Positions 12,432 to 24,550 of a stretch of DNA of 64,000 nt are shown one piece after another. The DNA comes from Squalus acanthias (lineage: Eukaryota). The translations under genes were made by a program, and so were the position numbers. The stretch lies in NCBI GenBank assembly GCA_030390025.1, contig CM059432.1:16494001-16558000 (forward strand), in the 5' to 3' direction. The notes below the pieces were generated by a model, which saw only the letters and a program-made list of their open reading frames with translations, ran no database searches and was not told where the DNA came from. The first letter of the stretch is position 1, and each line of letters opens with the position of its first letter.

Positions 12432-14108
12432 GTGCCGGAATCTTACCGGCGCTGCAAGTGTGGGTTTGGAGGCGGGTCTGCTGTCAAAATGGCAGTGATT
12501 GACAGTGGGGCGGAAGTCCGCTCTGAACCCGCCTCCTTGTTAATTTCCCAAGTGCCGGCTCTGCCTGCGGTTTGCAGACCTGGCATTAAGCAACGGGTCA
12601 GGCAATTGAGATACTTAAGAAGCTGCTTAACAGTATTTAAGCAGCATTTTACCAGGTCCGAACGATTTTTCCATGTTTTTTACTTGGGGATCACGTCAGG
12701 TAAGTGTGTCGGGTTCTCAATGACTCTCCATTGCTGTGAATAGGTGACAGCTGCAAAGTGGTATAAAAGCTACCATTTCACAGATGTTCAATTTCCAATC
12801 TTAGAAGCTGGAGCCTTCAGGATTTGGAATACACTTTTCAGCTTTATGGAGGTTTGGAGCAAACTCTCTATCCAGTGTCACCTCCTTGGGACAACCTCTC
12901 TCACTACTGACAGATCGCTTCGGTCATCTCAACTTCAGCTGCCATCTATTCCATCAGCATCAGTGCCCTTGAAAAGAAATCTCACCTTGGCCCTCAGAAT
13001 CCTACCACGATCAACCCCATCACCAGCATCACTAGGCACACCAGCAGCACCAACCTGCTCCGCAATCACCTAATGCTGCACAGGACAGAAGACATCAGCA
13101 CCCGAGAACATTGCTGCCCGGAAGGCCAGGGATGGCCTTACCATGGCTAGATTTACTTCACTTGACGCTGTACACCCTGGCTGCCATATAATACGCCAGG
13201 ATGGCACCACCCCACATCAACACCATGAAGCATCCCTACAATGCCCAAGCCATTCCTTTCACACTCATCACCATTGGTGGGGGGGGGGGGGGGGGGGGGG
13301 GGGGTACCGTTCTGTGTCACATTCACTGCAACTCACTCAGCCACTTTCAAAGGTGCATACAGATCTGTCCAAGAAGGCAAAGTGTTGAAAATAAAGATTT
13401 CAATATTTGACAACACATTAACAGAAAGTTTACATGAACATTTGCGATAACATCCAACTGCCTACCCTCGTTAGTTGGTATGATTGGACAAGGATGAGGG
13501 TGAGTGTGAGGGGTGGCTAATGAGATGGGGAAGTGATAATGTAGATAGAGAGGGATGGGTGGAGGTGCAAGGTAAGTTGGTGTGAGTAAGGATGTGCAGG
13601 AGTAGGGTAGGGAAGGCAGAGTGATGGGGATGTGATGAGTGGCACAGCAGGATGAGTTTGAGTGTGGCTTTGCAGTAACGTTTTGTGATCTATTGAGATC
13701 ATTGAAAGGTTTGCGCCACTGCAGCCACGTCCTCCTGACGACATCCCTGCTTGTGCCCTCCTGTGCAATGTGCAACCAGGCTGCATTGATGTCCTGGGGA
13801 GGTCTCTTCCGCCCATTGGAAGGGAAGAGGACCTCCCTAAGCATATGGAGAGAGTCATGGGAAAGCCTGGGTGCAGCCGCGCACCTTTGTGCTGCAGAAC
13901 ACTGACAGCACAACTGTCAAAATGAATGTGGACATGGTCCCTTTAAGGAAACCGGCTGACCCGCTTCCTTTAAATTGGCTGGGAACCTCGCAGGGCGGTC
14001 TTAACAAGCCCAATCAGGGCAAAATCATGTCGGAGGCCCGGATCGACACAGCTGTGGGGTTGGGACTCGCCAAGGAAGTCACCCGCCTCGGTTGGTAAAA
14101 TCCAGCCC
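12432..14108 (-). mobile_element. PIF/Harbinger derivative with a decayed Myb/SANT-like ORF
   Basis: Imperfect TIRs (GTGCCGGAATCTTACC / GGTAAAATCCAGCCC). The minus-strand ORF at about 13690-13880 reads APRLSHDSLHMLREVLFPSNGRKRPP...AAWLHIAQE..SRDVVRRTWLQWRKPFNDL, a Myb/SANT-like trihelix typical of the Harbinger second ORF. Confidence 0.75.
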
Positions 14109-14612
14109 ATAGAGACAGATAGGAATGAGCATTTTTTTGCTTTAACTATCAAGGGTGGACTTGTGTAAGTGAGTCAAGGATGAAGGTGGGCGTACAAAAT
14201 ATTGAAAAATGTTTTTTTTCTTGAGGTTCAGATTTTTCTGTACATAGACAATAAAGGAGGATGACAAAAGGGAATATGAAGAGGTTGGGAAAAAGTCCAA
14301 AAAAAATTCGGAAAGTAAAAAGGAACTCTGAAGTTAAATTATCCAGAAATATAAAAAGAAATAGTAAAGTATTTTACAGATGCATAAATAACAAAACAAA
14401 ATTCAGGATAGGGACAGGACCACTAAGGGATACACAAGATAAACTCACAGGTAATGACAGCGAAATGGTAGAAATATTGAATAGTTACTTTGCCTCAGTA
14501 TTTACCAGGGAGACTAACAATGTGAGTATGACATTAGAAGAGATCAAAAAGATATAAAGACATTTAAAATAGAAAGGGGGGGGGGGGGGGGGGATGATTA
14601 ATAAACTAATCA

Positions 14613-14873
14613 AGGGCAGCAGGCACATGGGAACACCACCACCTCCAAGTCACACACCATCCTGACTTAGAAGTATACCGCCGATCCTTCATCGTCGCTG
14701 GGTCAAAATCCTGGAACTCCCTACCTAACAGCACTGTGGGAGTACCTTCACCATGCAGACTGCAGCGGTTCAAGAAGGTGGCTCACTACCACCTTCTCAA
14801 GGGCAATTAGGGATGGGCAATAAATGCTGGCCTTGCCAGCAACGCCCACATCCCATAAACGAATAAAAAAAAA
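14613..14873 (+). mobile_element. 3' end of an A-tailed LINE family (5 copies in window)
   Basis: agggcagcaggcacatgggaacaccacc...gggcaataaatgctggcc...gaataaaaaaaaa. Same family as 27303-27760, 36895-37232, 44605-45205 and 60910-61272. Confidence 0.8.
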
Positions 14874-15910
14874 CTTAGAGGGGATAAAACCTCTGGTACG
14901 ATGGATTGCATCCGTGCATATTAAAAGGAGTTAGGGGAGAGATAGCAGAGGCACTATTACATATAAATAACAATTGATTAGAAAAGGGAACAGTGTCAGA
15001 GAACTGGCGGACAGCTAATGTTATTCCTATATTTAAAAAGGGAGATAAATCAAGTCCAGGGAACTATAGAACGGTTAGTTTACCGTCGGTGATAGGAAAG
15101 ATAATGGAATTTTTACTCAAAGGTAAAATAGAAAAACATCTAGAAACCAAAAATATAATAAAGAGTGGTCAAATGGGAATGTCATGTTCGACTAACCTTG
15201 CTGAATTCTTTGAAGAAGTAACAGAAAGATTAGGCAAGGGTAATGCAGTAGCTGTAATATATTTGTATTTTCAAAAGGCCTTCGATAAGGTACCGTGTAG
15301 TAGTCTCATGACTAAGGTCAGAGCATGTGGAGACAGGTAGCAGAATGGATAGCAAGCTGGCTACAGAACAAAAAAAAGAGTAGGGGTTAAGGGTAGCTAC
15401 TCGGACTGGCAAAAGGTGAGAAATGGTGTTCCACAGGGATCGGTGCTGGGACCACTGTTGTTCACAATTTACATTAACAATTTGGACTTGGGAATTGGAA
15501 GTACAATTTCGAAATTTGCGGACAACACCAAAATTGGGGGGGTGTAGTTAACACAAAGGAAGAATGTGACAAAATACAAGAGGACATTAATAAACTTGCA
15601 GAATGTGCGTGTAATTGGCAAATTAATTTCGATACGAGTGTGAGGTGGTGCATTTTGGTAGGAAGAATAAGGAGGCTACATTCTACTTGGAAAATAAGAG
15701 TGTAAATGGGGTAGAGGAGCAAAGGGATCTAGGGGTACAGATATGCAAATCACTAGAAGTAGCACTGTAGGTTAATAAGGCCTTAAAAAGAGCAAACCAA
15801 TCATTGGGGTTCTTTTCTAGAGGGATAGAATTGAAAAGCAGAGAAGTTATGTTAAACTTGTATAGAACCTTGGTTAAACCACACTTGGAATATTATAAAA
15901 AGGATATAGA

Positions 15911-16352
15911 GGCAACACGGTGGCATAGTGGTTAGCACTGGTGCTTCACAGCGCCAGGGACCCGGGTTCGAATCTGACCTCGGGTGACTGTCTGTGTGGA
16001 GTTTGCACATTCTCCCCGTGTCTGCGTGGGTTTCCTCCGGGTGCTCCGGTTTCCTCCCACAGTCCAAAGATGTGCGGGTTAGGTTGATTTGGCTATGATA
16101 AATTGACCCTTAGTGTTAGGGGGGGATTAAATATGTGGGGTTATGGGGATAGGATGGGATATGTTAGGGGGAATTAAATACGTGGGGTTACGGGGATAGG
16201 GTGGGATAGGTGCAGGCTCGATGTGGGGATTCTGTGTGAGAGAGCAGGGACAGGGTACTGGATTTGGATGATCAGCCATGATCGTATTGAATGGTGGAGC
16301 AGGCTCGACGGGCCGAATGGCCTACTCCTGCTCCTAGTTTCTATGTTTCTAT
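15911..16352 (+). mobile_element. HE1-like V-SINE with CR1/HER1-derived tail
   Basis: tRNA-like head with A box (tggcatagtgg) and B box (ggttcgaatc), V-domain (gtgtggagtttgcacattctccccgtgtctgcgtgggtttcctccggg), and a tail shared with the CR1 3' end at about 18750-18850. Confidence 0.9.
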
Positions 16353-16515
16353 TTGAGAAGGTGCAGAAAAAAGATTCACAAAGATGATACCAGAACAGAG
16401 AGGATATACTTATCAGGAAAGGCTGAACAGGCTGGGGCTCCTTTCTCTAGAAAAAAGGCTGAGGGGTGACCTGATAGAAGTATTTAAGATAATGAAAGAG
16501 TTTGATAGGGTAGAT

Positions 16516-17002
16516 AGAAACATAGAAACATAGAAAATAGGTACAGGAGTAGACCATTCGGTCCTTCGAGCCTGCACCGCCATTCAATGCGTTCATGGCT
16601 GAACATGCTACCTCAGTACCCCATTCCTGCTTTCTCGCCATACCCCTTGATCCCCTTAGTTGTGAGTGTTATATCTAACTCCCTTTTGAATATATTTAGC
16701 GAACTGGCCTCAACAACCTTCTGTGGAAGAGAATTCCATAGATTCACCACTCTCTGGGTGAAGAAGTTCCTCCTCAGCTCAGTCCTAAATGGCTTCCCCT
16801 TAATCCTTAGACTGTGACCCCTGGTTCTAGTTTTCCCTACCATTGGGAACATTCTGCCCGCATCTAATTTGTCTAAACCAGTCAGGATTTTAAATGTCTC
16901 TATAAGATCCCCCCTCATTCTTCTGAACTCCAGAGGATACAAGTTCAGTTGACCCAATCTTTCTTGATATGTCAGTCCGGCCATCCCAGGAATCAATCTA
17001 GT
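16516..17002 (-). mobile_element. HER1-like CR1 3' fragment
   Basis: ORF 16613-16996 (EFRRMRGDLIETFKIL...LWNSLPQKVVEA). Flanked by a GTAGAT duplication (16510-16515, 17003-17008). Confidence 0.9.
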
Positions 17003-17343
17003 GTAGATGTAGAGAAAACGTTTCCACTTGTGAGGGTGTCCTAAACTAGGGAGTCATAAATATAAGATAGTCACTAATAAAGCCAATAGAGAATTCAGGA
17101 GAAACTTCTTTACCCAAAGAGTGGAATGCACTACCACAAGGAGTAGTTGAGGCAAATGATGTATTTAAGCAGAAGCTAGATAAGCACATGAGGGAGAAAG
17201 AAATAGAGGATATGCTGATAGGGTTAGCTGAAGAGGGGTGGGAGGACGCTCGTGTGGAGCATAAACGCCAGCATAGACAAGTTGGGCCGCATGGCCTGTT
17301 TCTACGTGGTAGACTCTATGCAAAAACAGGAAGGCAGATTATT

Positions 17344-18086
17344 GGCCCAAAAATTAGTGCCGCTACGCGAGAGTACGCACTGTGTACTCTCACGTATTCT
17401 GTCTCCAATTGCCGGTTTTCTGCATGCACTGCGCATGCGCTGAAAACCGGCACTTGGTGAATGGAAAAGGGGGCGGGTCCTAGGTGAACCGCGTGCGCGC
17501 TACAGGCTGCGCGCATGCAGTGCACTTAGTGGTTTCAACGCGCAGGTAAGTATGGAAGATTCTACACATAAAAAAAGGAGTAAGACCCACTTTTAACAAG
17601 GTAAGTAGTGAATTAAGTATTATTTTGAATTTTTTTTTTAACAGGTATATCTTTTTTAGAGACTCTAAAGACAGGTAAGTTTATTTTTATAACTTTTTAA
17701 AAGATTTTAAATTTTTTCAAAAATTTAATTTTTTATTTAAAATGGTTAATTTATTTAACTATACTTATTTTATTAATGTGATGGTTTTTAAAAAAAATTT
17801 AATTGAGGTTTAGCAGTTCTTTTGGGGGGCTATAGTATTCATAGCTTTCACAGCACTTACGTGAAAGTTATGAATGGAAGATGGTGTGCTGCCATTGGCT
17901 CTAACTGAGTCACGTGATCCCACAGCTCGCACGAATTAACTACGCCTGTGGGATACGCAAGCCCAGCACAGCAGCTGTCCAGAACATCAAGTTCGTGCGA
18001 GCTGAAACTGAAAAAGCCAACGCGCAGTGAGAGATCGCGGGGAGGCCTTACCCTCGCACGAAGGCTTCCTCACGAATTTTTGGGCC
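17344..18086. mobile_element. Harbinger-type MITE
   Basis: Perfect 12-bp TIR GGCCCAAAAATT/AATTTTTGGGCC with 3-bp TSD ATT. GC-rich ends and an AT-rich core. Confidence 0.85.
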
Positions 18087-18089
18087 ATT

Positions 18090-18850
18090 ATCTGAACGGC
18101 AATAGATTGGGAAAAGGGGAAGTGCAACCAGACCTGGGTGTCCTTGTGCACCAGTCGCTGAAGGTAAGCATGCAGATGCAGCAGGCGGTTAAGAAGGCAA
18201 ATGGTATGTTGGCCTTCATAGCGAGAGGATTCGAGTACAGGAGCAAGGATGTCTTGCTGCAGTTGTACAGGGCCTTGGTGAGACCACACCTTGAGTATTG
18301 TGTGCAGTTTTGGTCGCCTTATCTGAGGAAGGATGTTCTTGCCATGGAGGGAGTGCAGCGAAGATTCACCAGACTGATACCTGGGATGGCAGGAATGACG
18401 TATGGAGAGAGATTGGGTCGATTAGGCTTATATTCGCTAGAGTTTAGAAGAATGAGAGGGGATCTCATTGAAACTTATAAAATTCTAACAGGACTAGACA
18501 GACTAGATGCAGGAACGATGTTCCCGATGGCGGGGGAGTCCAGAACCAGGGGTCACAGTCTAAGGATAAGGGGTAAGCCATTTAGGACTGAGATGAGGAG
18601 GAATTTCTTCACCCAGAGAGTGGTGAACCTGTGGAATTCTCTACCACAGAAGGCAGTTGAGGCCAATTCATTAAATATATTCAAGAAGGAGTTAGATATA
18701 TTTCTTAAGGCTAAAGGGATCAAGGGATATGGGGAGAAAGCAGGGACAGGGTACTGAATTTGGATGATCAGCCATGATCTCATTAAATGGCGGAGCAGGC
18801 TCGAGGGGCCGAATGGCCTACTCCTGCTCCTATCTTCTATGTTTCTATGT
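18090..18850 (+). mobile_element. HER1-like CR1 3' portion, young
   Basis: Uninterrupted frame to the stop at 18757 (LVRPHLEYCVQFWSPYLRKD...), then 3' UTR and TTCTATGT tail. Confidence 0.93.
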
Positions 18851-19539
18851 AAAATGGGTCTGGAACTTAACATTTCTGTGGGTTAAGGCATGAAATAAAC
18901 ATTCAGTCTTTATTTAGCACAATGCTATGTCATTTCAGTAGCTTGAATCATTCTTAGACAACTCTCCTGCCAATTTCAGAATGTTTGACTGTGCTTTTGT
19001 TTGCCAAAATAAAGTCCTTCCACTGCCTTTGGGTATGAAAGATTTGAAAATACAGTTCACTGAACGTGTATTACAGTGCATGGGAAATATGGCAAAGTTA
19101 GACATCGATCGCCAATGACAGGGCAAAGGGGTAATCTTGGTGTACCTGTTTTCAGAGACTATTTGAATGAAATGCAAAAAAACACTTTTCCCTCATTGTA
19201 ACAGCGTTGTACTGTTTTACTCCAAAGGGACTGTACTAATGGCTGAATAAACACGAGAATCACTTTGTTCAGCACAATCTTCCCTGGAAACTTTCATGGT
19301 TTTCACAGTTTCCTCAAAAGGAAGTGGTAGAAGCACTGCAACGTACAAAAATGTCTTCAAAAATATAAAAAGCAAGTGGTTTGAATGCCTACATTTTGAA
19401 AGCACATTGCAAGCTATTCACTTCCTGCCCATATCTGCATCATGTAACTTTTCTTGGCACGCTGCACTTCTGTTAAATTCTGTTACACCTAATTTTAGGG
19501 TGAGCAAAACAATCCCAAGCCTGAGCACAACAGACTAAG

Positions 19540-19752
19540 AAAGAACTTGTATTTATATAGTGCCTTCCACAACCTCCCAAAGCGTTTTACAGCCAATGAA
19601 GTACTTTTGAAGTGTAGTCACTCTTGTAATGTAGGAAACGCGGCAGCCAATTTGCGCACAGCAAGCTCCCACAAGCAGCAATGTGATAATGACCAGATCA
19701 TCTGTTTTAATGATGTTGGTGGAGGGATAAATATTGGCCAGGAGACCGGAGA
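19540..19752 (-). mobile_element. DeuSINE (SacSINE1-like) 3' fragment
   Basis: Close match to 60408-60620. Confidence 0.8.
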
Positions 19753-19769
19753 GCACCTCGGCGTTTTAG

Positions 19770-20475
19770 AACAATAGGAAGATTGAAGCCATCTTATTTG
19801 GCTTCCAGAAACAAAACACCAATACCGTTGCCTGACTCGATTCTCCTCCCTGGCTGCTGACTTAGGCAAACCAAATAGTGTGCAACTCTCGTGTCCGGTT
19901 CAACCGGAGTTGAGCTTCAAACCTCACAACTTACCCATTACCAAGCCTGCTGACTACCAATTTGCACAACAACATCCAGCTGTGCCTTTGTGTCACCTCC
20001 ACAATTGCTGAAACCCATATCCATGCTTTCATTACCTACAGACTTCAATTCTTTAGTGTCGTTCTTGCTGATTTCCCAAGCTCCACTATACACACACTTG
20101 CAACATGACCAAAACGCAACCTCTCATATCAGCTCCCATTTGCCTAGCAACCCTCTCCTTCAAAGCACTGAATTCAAAATCTTTATCATCCTTTACTAGT
20201 CTCTCCATATCCTTGCCCATACTACATTTGCAACCTCCTCCAGCAATACGCTCTAGCTTGATCCTTCAGTCCTCTAACTCTGGCATCGTGTGAATCCCCC
20301 CGCTCTTCACTCAACTCCACCAGTGCTGGCACAGCTTTCAGTTGTCTTGACTCTATTTTCTGCTATCGGTCATCTCTCCCACCTCTTTTTCTACTGCTTG
20401 GTGTCCATTTCTCCTCTGTGAAGTACGTCAGAATGTTTATTACGTTAAAGACGTTATATAAAGAAAATTGCTGTT
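19770..20475 (+). mobile_element. Old L2-type LINE 3' fragment
   Basis: Diverged match to 34575-35190 (tgctgaaacccatatccatgc..., ttcaaaatctttatcatc). Confidence 0.6.
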
Positions 20476-20840
20476 GTCACGTAGAAAACCATTTCAAAGG
20501 TATATAAAGCATGTACTATTACTTAAATCAGATAACCCAATATAAATATTTAGGAAACACAGGAATATCCAAGTTAACAGCAGAAATTAAGCTGGGTAAC
20601 GTTTACACAATGCTTTGAAGTATGACCTGGTGTTATTTTCTCATCAATTGTTTTCCATTACAGCTTTTTCTTAAACAACCTGAAATACAGGTAACTGATT
20701 AATCCAGAGGACCAATGGCACCTGTTGATTCCATGCAGCTTCATGCTAACTTTCCCACATCAATCTATGTGATATGATATGTAGTTATACAGTATATTGA
20801 GCTGAAGACCTTGAAAAAGATAGCATACAAAAGGGATTAC

Positions 20841-20972
20841 CAGAAACTTCTCTTCCTGTTCAAGCCATCGCTGATCCTCTTCCATTTCCTGCTGCTGCCT
20901 TATTAACCGTTCTTCCATAACATTTGTTGGGAGCATCTGCCCCATTCCACGCATGTCCAATGTGCCAGAATC
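20841..20972 (-). CDS. PTK2: PTK2/FAK coding exon
   Basis: ttttcAG|GAT TCT...TTT CTG|GTAATC. 132 nt, phase 0-0. DSGTLDMRGMGQMLPTNVMEERLIRQQQEMEEDQRWLEQEEKFL matches FAK (MEERLIRQQQEMEEDQRWLE). Confidence 0.97.
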
Positions 20973-21696
20973 CTGAAAATGTAATTAAACGTTTAAATGC
21001 CATACCACATCAGTTCCTGGGCAGCAAGCCTACTTATGCAGTACAAGATTACTTAAAATATTGATTGAAGCTTTACAAGACTGGTGCAAAATGTTGACAA
21101 CCGTTGCATTTTTGTGCAATCTCCACCCCTTCCTAAATATGTAAGGTAACTGGAGCCAATATAACTTCAGATCCTGCAACAAAAAGATCAGTAACAACCT
21201 TTTCTTTTATCCTAACATGATATTTTCAAAATCTAATGCATCACCACATGTAAAACCACAAAAAAAGTTGCAACTCGGCCTGCACTGTAATAAAAGAATT
21301 AACTAACAAAACTACATATTACATACAATCTGGTAAGTGAATTTAATATTGTAATCCAATCACAGCGCTCTTGAGGTAAGGATATCATCTGAACTCAGAT
21401 TGTATTACTGCTTTTCAATTCAATTAGAAATATCCAATTCTTATTTTGTTTGTAACACATTGTAAAAGGACCTCAAATCCCTGGTTCTATCCAATTCAAG
21501 AGATGATTTGCTGGCATCTGGATTAGAATCGATTTATATTTTTTCAAACGTTCCACATCATGACTTGATGGTGGGTCTTCAGAAGCAAACATCAATAACT
21601 ATTGCAATGTTCGAAGGACAACTACAGTAAGCTATATCAGTATTATTACAATTAAGCTTCACTTCATTGGATACCTTGTTCACACAATTATATTAC

Positions 21697-21837
21697 CTCC
21701 AGGTTTTGTGGCCAAATTGGAATATCCTGAGGCCTATGGTGATTCCAGGAATCGTGAGCATCTAATACACTCGCCTGCGCAGAATATATACTTCCAGGCA
21801 TTGGTGAAATTCCATGTGAACCAGTATATCCAGAAAC
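21697..21837 (-). CDS. PTK2: PTK2/FAK coding exon
   Basis: tAG|GTT TCT GGA...CTG GAG|GTAATA. 141 nt, phase 0-0. VSGYTGSHGISPMPGSIYSAQASVLDAHDSWNHHRPQDIPIWPQNLE aligns with FAK VSGYPGSHG...WNHRPQEIAMWQPNVE. Confidence 0.96.
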
Positions 21838-22261
21838 CTATTAATAAACATAATTGATTGGAATGATCTTCAGTAACTACATCTGCAGATTACTTTATCT
21901 CTGAAGTGTTAAGCCAATGTGGAATTTTAAGCATTGGATTCTAGAATTTAATACTAGAATTATACATGTTTAGTGGGCTGCAATAAAATTACAGTACAAT
22001 TTTAAGCAAATTGAAGTAGAATATTAAAAAACACACTTGGAACCGCTTACAATTTTACTTTCTGGGCCAATTGTTTCTTCTCCTTAAGGGCTGATGTACA
22101 AGGTATGTAGGAACACATTATACTTCCATTATGTTGGTAACACACTACAATACTTTCATTGTGATCAGTGGAAGTGTTAGACTTTCTTTTAGGTACCCTT
22201 AATAAGTAAGGGACAATTAGTGCTGGGAAAAACAAGACGCTTTTTTCTTGGCATTTTTTCC

Positions 22262-22396
22262 AGTTCTGACGAAGGGTCATCGACCTGAAACGTCAACTCT
22301 GTTTCTCTCTCCACAGGTGCTGCCTGACCTGCTGAGTATTCCCAGCATTTTCTGTTTTTATTTCAGATTTCCAGAATCCGCAGTATTTTGCTTTTG
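22262..22396 (+). mobile_element. Penelope-like pLTR fragment with a minimal hammerhead motif
   Basis: AGTT-CTGACGA-A-GGGTC-ATC-GACCT-GAAAC-GTC-AACT followed by ...tgctgcctgacctgctgagtatt. A second copy is at 46978-47070. Confidence 0.7.
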
Positions 22397-22788
22397 TACG
22401 TGTGTGTGTGTGTCTATTACGAGTGTGTGTGTGTCATCTTGACAATATACCACGGCAACCAACATCAATAGAATGGCTATTACCGCAATAACGCACTCTC
22501 AGTCCTTGGCCTCTAGTGTTAGGTGCTACATTTGGGGAAGTTTAGAATTCCATACGACATTTATCTCTACTATAGGCTAGATTAAGATACCACAACTGAT
22601 CCATTCACAATCTTTAATAAACTTATCAACATTATCACCCCTCTCACTGAATTTGGTCCTAGGTCAGCTGAAGTGCAGAAACAAAGTTATGTCATCACCA
22701 AGGGGGACAAAATTTCGAATTCAGTGTTATTTTATTCTAAACATTCAGTATCTTACATTTAAAACAAGGTACAGTGCCTGCTATTTAC

Positions 22789-22875
22789 CTGATAATGATT
22801 GTGTTGTACCATGTGTTGTGGACTGGGGAAGAAACCATCACTGGATCTTGGACTTGGGTAGCCTGGTCTACTGGG
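22789..22875 (-). CDS. PTK2: PTK2/FAK coding exon (proline-rich region)
   Basis: AG|CCC AGT AGA...TAT CAG|GTAAAT. 87 nt, phase 0-0. PSRPGYPSPRSSDGFFPSPQHMVQHNHYQ matches FAK PSRPGYPSPRSSEGFYPSPQHMVQTNHYQ. Confidence 0.97.
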
Positions 22876-23684
22876 CTATTGCAGAAAAAATAAAAAGAAA
22901 CATCAACAGAAATACACAATAAATATTATCCACTGTTACAGCTGAACACAAAGAGCCAAGTACTTGCACTGTACAGATAATGTGAGAGGTCAGGTACATG
23001 ATATGTGTGCACTAAGTGTGAAAGAAAATTGGTTATTTCAGACAGTTAGACAGGGTTGTAAATTTTGATACGTACAGCTGGAATATTCCATGTTTGGCCT
23101 ATAAGGCTTCAGGGTTACTTTGTGTAAATAACATTTCTACAGCTTTAAAGTAAATTTGAGTATTAGTCATAAGTCAAATTTTCATTAAATGCAGTTAAGC
23201 GGAGACACCATCCTCTGCAATTATTCAGTGTAGTGGTAGGCAAATTTAACCCTGTTAAATGCGGTAATAATTGCTTGCTCATAAACTCTAAACTATAGAC
23301 TATAGGTTCAAAAAGGATTATTTTCAAACTGTGCCATCTTTAGTCTGTTTTTTTCTGCTGAAGCATACAGAGGCTAACAAGAAAGGAATGCAGTGTGTTT
23401 AAAGTAATTTTATTAAAACAAACATACATTTAGAATGTATGTGTTTTGAAGTATCATGCAAGGTATTGAATGGTTTCTTTCAGCATGCTAAAATATAATT
23501 TACCACTGAGATAGCCTAAAAAGGTCCTCCAAAGGAGCTGATATTTTAATGATAATATAAAGCCAAAATTTATTACCAGTAGGTTTTCCAAAGAATAGGA
23601 TTCTCACCTAGCCATTTTTTAAAAAACTGCTGCAGTGCTGGCAAATATTTTTAACCACAATATTTTGGCTGTGTTTTTTTAACA

Positions 23685-24550
23685 ATAAAACAATAACTTG
23701 CATTTATATAGCACCTTTAATGCATCAATACGTCCCATGGCACTTGAGAGGTGTAATCAACAAACAAGAACGGCAAGGCATAGAACGAGAGATTACGAGG
23801 GGTGATCAAAAAGTTGGTCAGAGGTGGGTTTTACGGAGGGTGTTAAAGGAGGAGAGGTGGAGGGGTTTAGGTGGGGAATTACAAAGTATGGGGCCTCTGC
23901 CGCTGGAAGCATGGTTGCCAACGGTTAGGCGAAGGAAGGGAAGGATCCACAAGAGGGCAGTTGGAGGAAGAGAGTGTTCTTTTGGGGGGCGGGGGGAGCG
24001 AGTGGGCTATGGTCTGGTGGAGGTTACAGAGATAGGGAGGAGCAAGGCGTGTAGGAATTTAAACATGAGAACTTTAAATTAGAGGTGTTGGAGGATCGTG
24101 AGCGAATGTTGGTCAGCAAGGACAGGAGTTAGAGGTGATCAAAACTAGGTGTGGAATAGGATATGGGCAGCAGAGTTTTGGATGAGCTGAGGTTTACAGA
24201 GGGTGGAGCATGAGAGCTAGCCAGGAGAGCATTGGAATAGTCGGGCGTGGAGGCGAAAAAGGCATGGATGAGTATTTCAGCAGGAGATGGACTAAGGCAG
24301 GGTTTCAGGCAGGCGATGTTATGAAGGTGGAAGTCGGCAGTCTTTGATATGGAGAAGATATGGGGTCGGTCGCATAGATCAGAATCAAATAAGGACACAG
24401 AGATTGTGAACAGTCTGGTTCAACCAGCAGTGACTGGGAGGGAGATGGAATCAGCGACAAGGGTATGGAGTATGTGCCAGAGGTGGAAGACAATGGCTTC
24501 AGTCGTCCCAATGTTTAACAGGAGGAAACTGCGCTCATCCAAGACTTGAT
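23685..24550 (-). mobile_element. L2-type LINE 3' fragment
   Basis: aacttgcatttatatagcacc tail. Minus-strand ORF ISKTADFHLHNIACLKPCLSPSPAEILIHAF...DYSNALLA. Confidence 0.8.

Larger units (their letters stand above)
14200..17325 (+). mobile_element. Long decayed CR1 LINE with three nested insertions
   Basis: EILNSYFASVFT, WRTANVIPIFKKGD, FQKAFDKVP, then RT and 3' UTR. Interrupted at about 14613-14873, 15911-16352 and 16516-17002. Confidence 0.88.

Noticed and set aside
13279..13304. Poly-G runs (also 14575-14593) producing poly-Gly ORFs
   Set aside because: Simple homopolymers inside repeats, and their length may be unreliable.
15911..15985. tRNA-like sequence with A and B boxes (also 63738 and about 60790-60860)
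   Set aside because: SINE heads that continue into SINE bodies, not tRNA genes.
17948..18757. 269-aa ORF
   Set aside because: Chance fusion of a MITE end with the CR1 ORF2 C-terminus, not a host gene.
1..20840. Next PTK2 exon (KPDVRLSRGSIDRED...)
   Set aside because: Not found by eye in the unique segments. A donor-like site near 3650 and the ORF at 19217-19405 do not translate to FAK-like sequence. Probably outside the window; tBLASTn would settle it.
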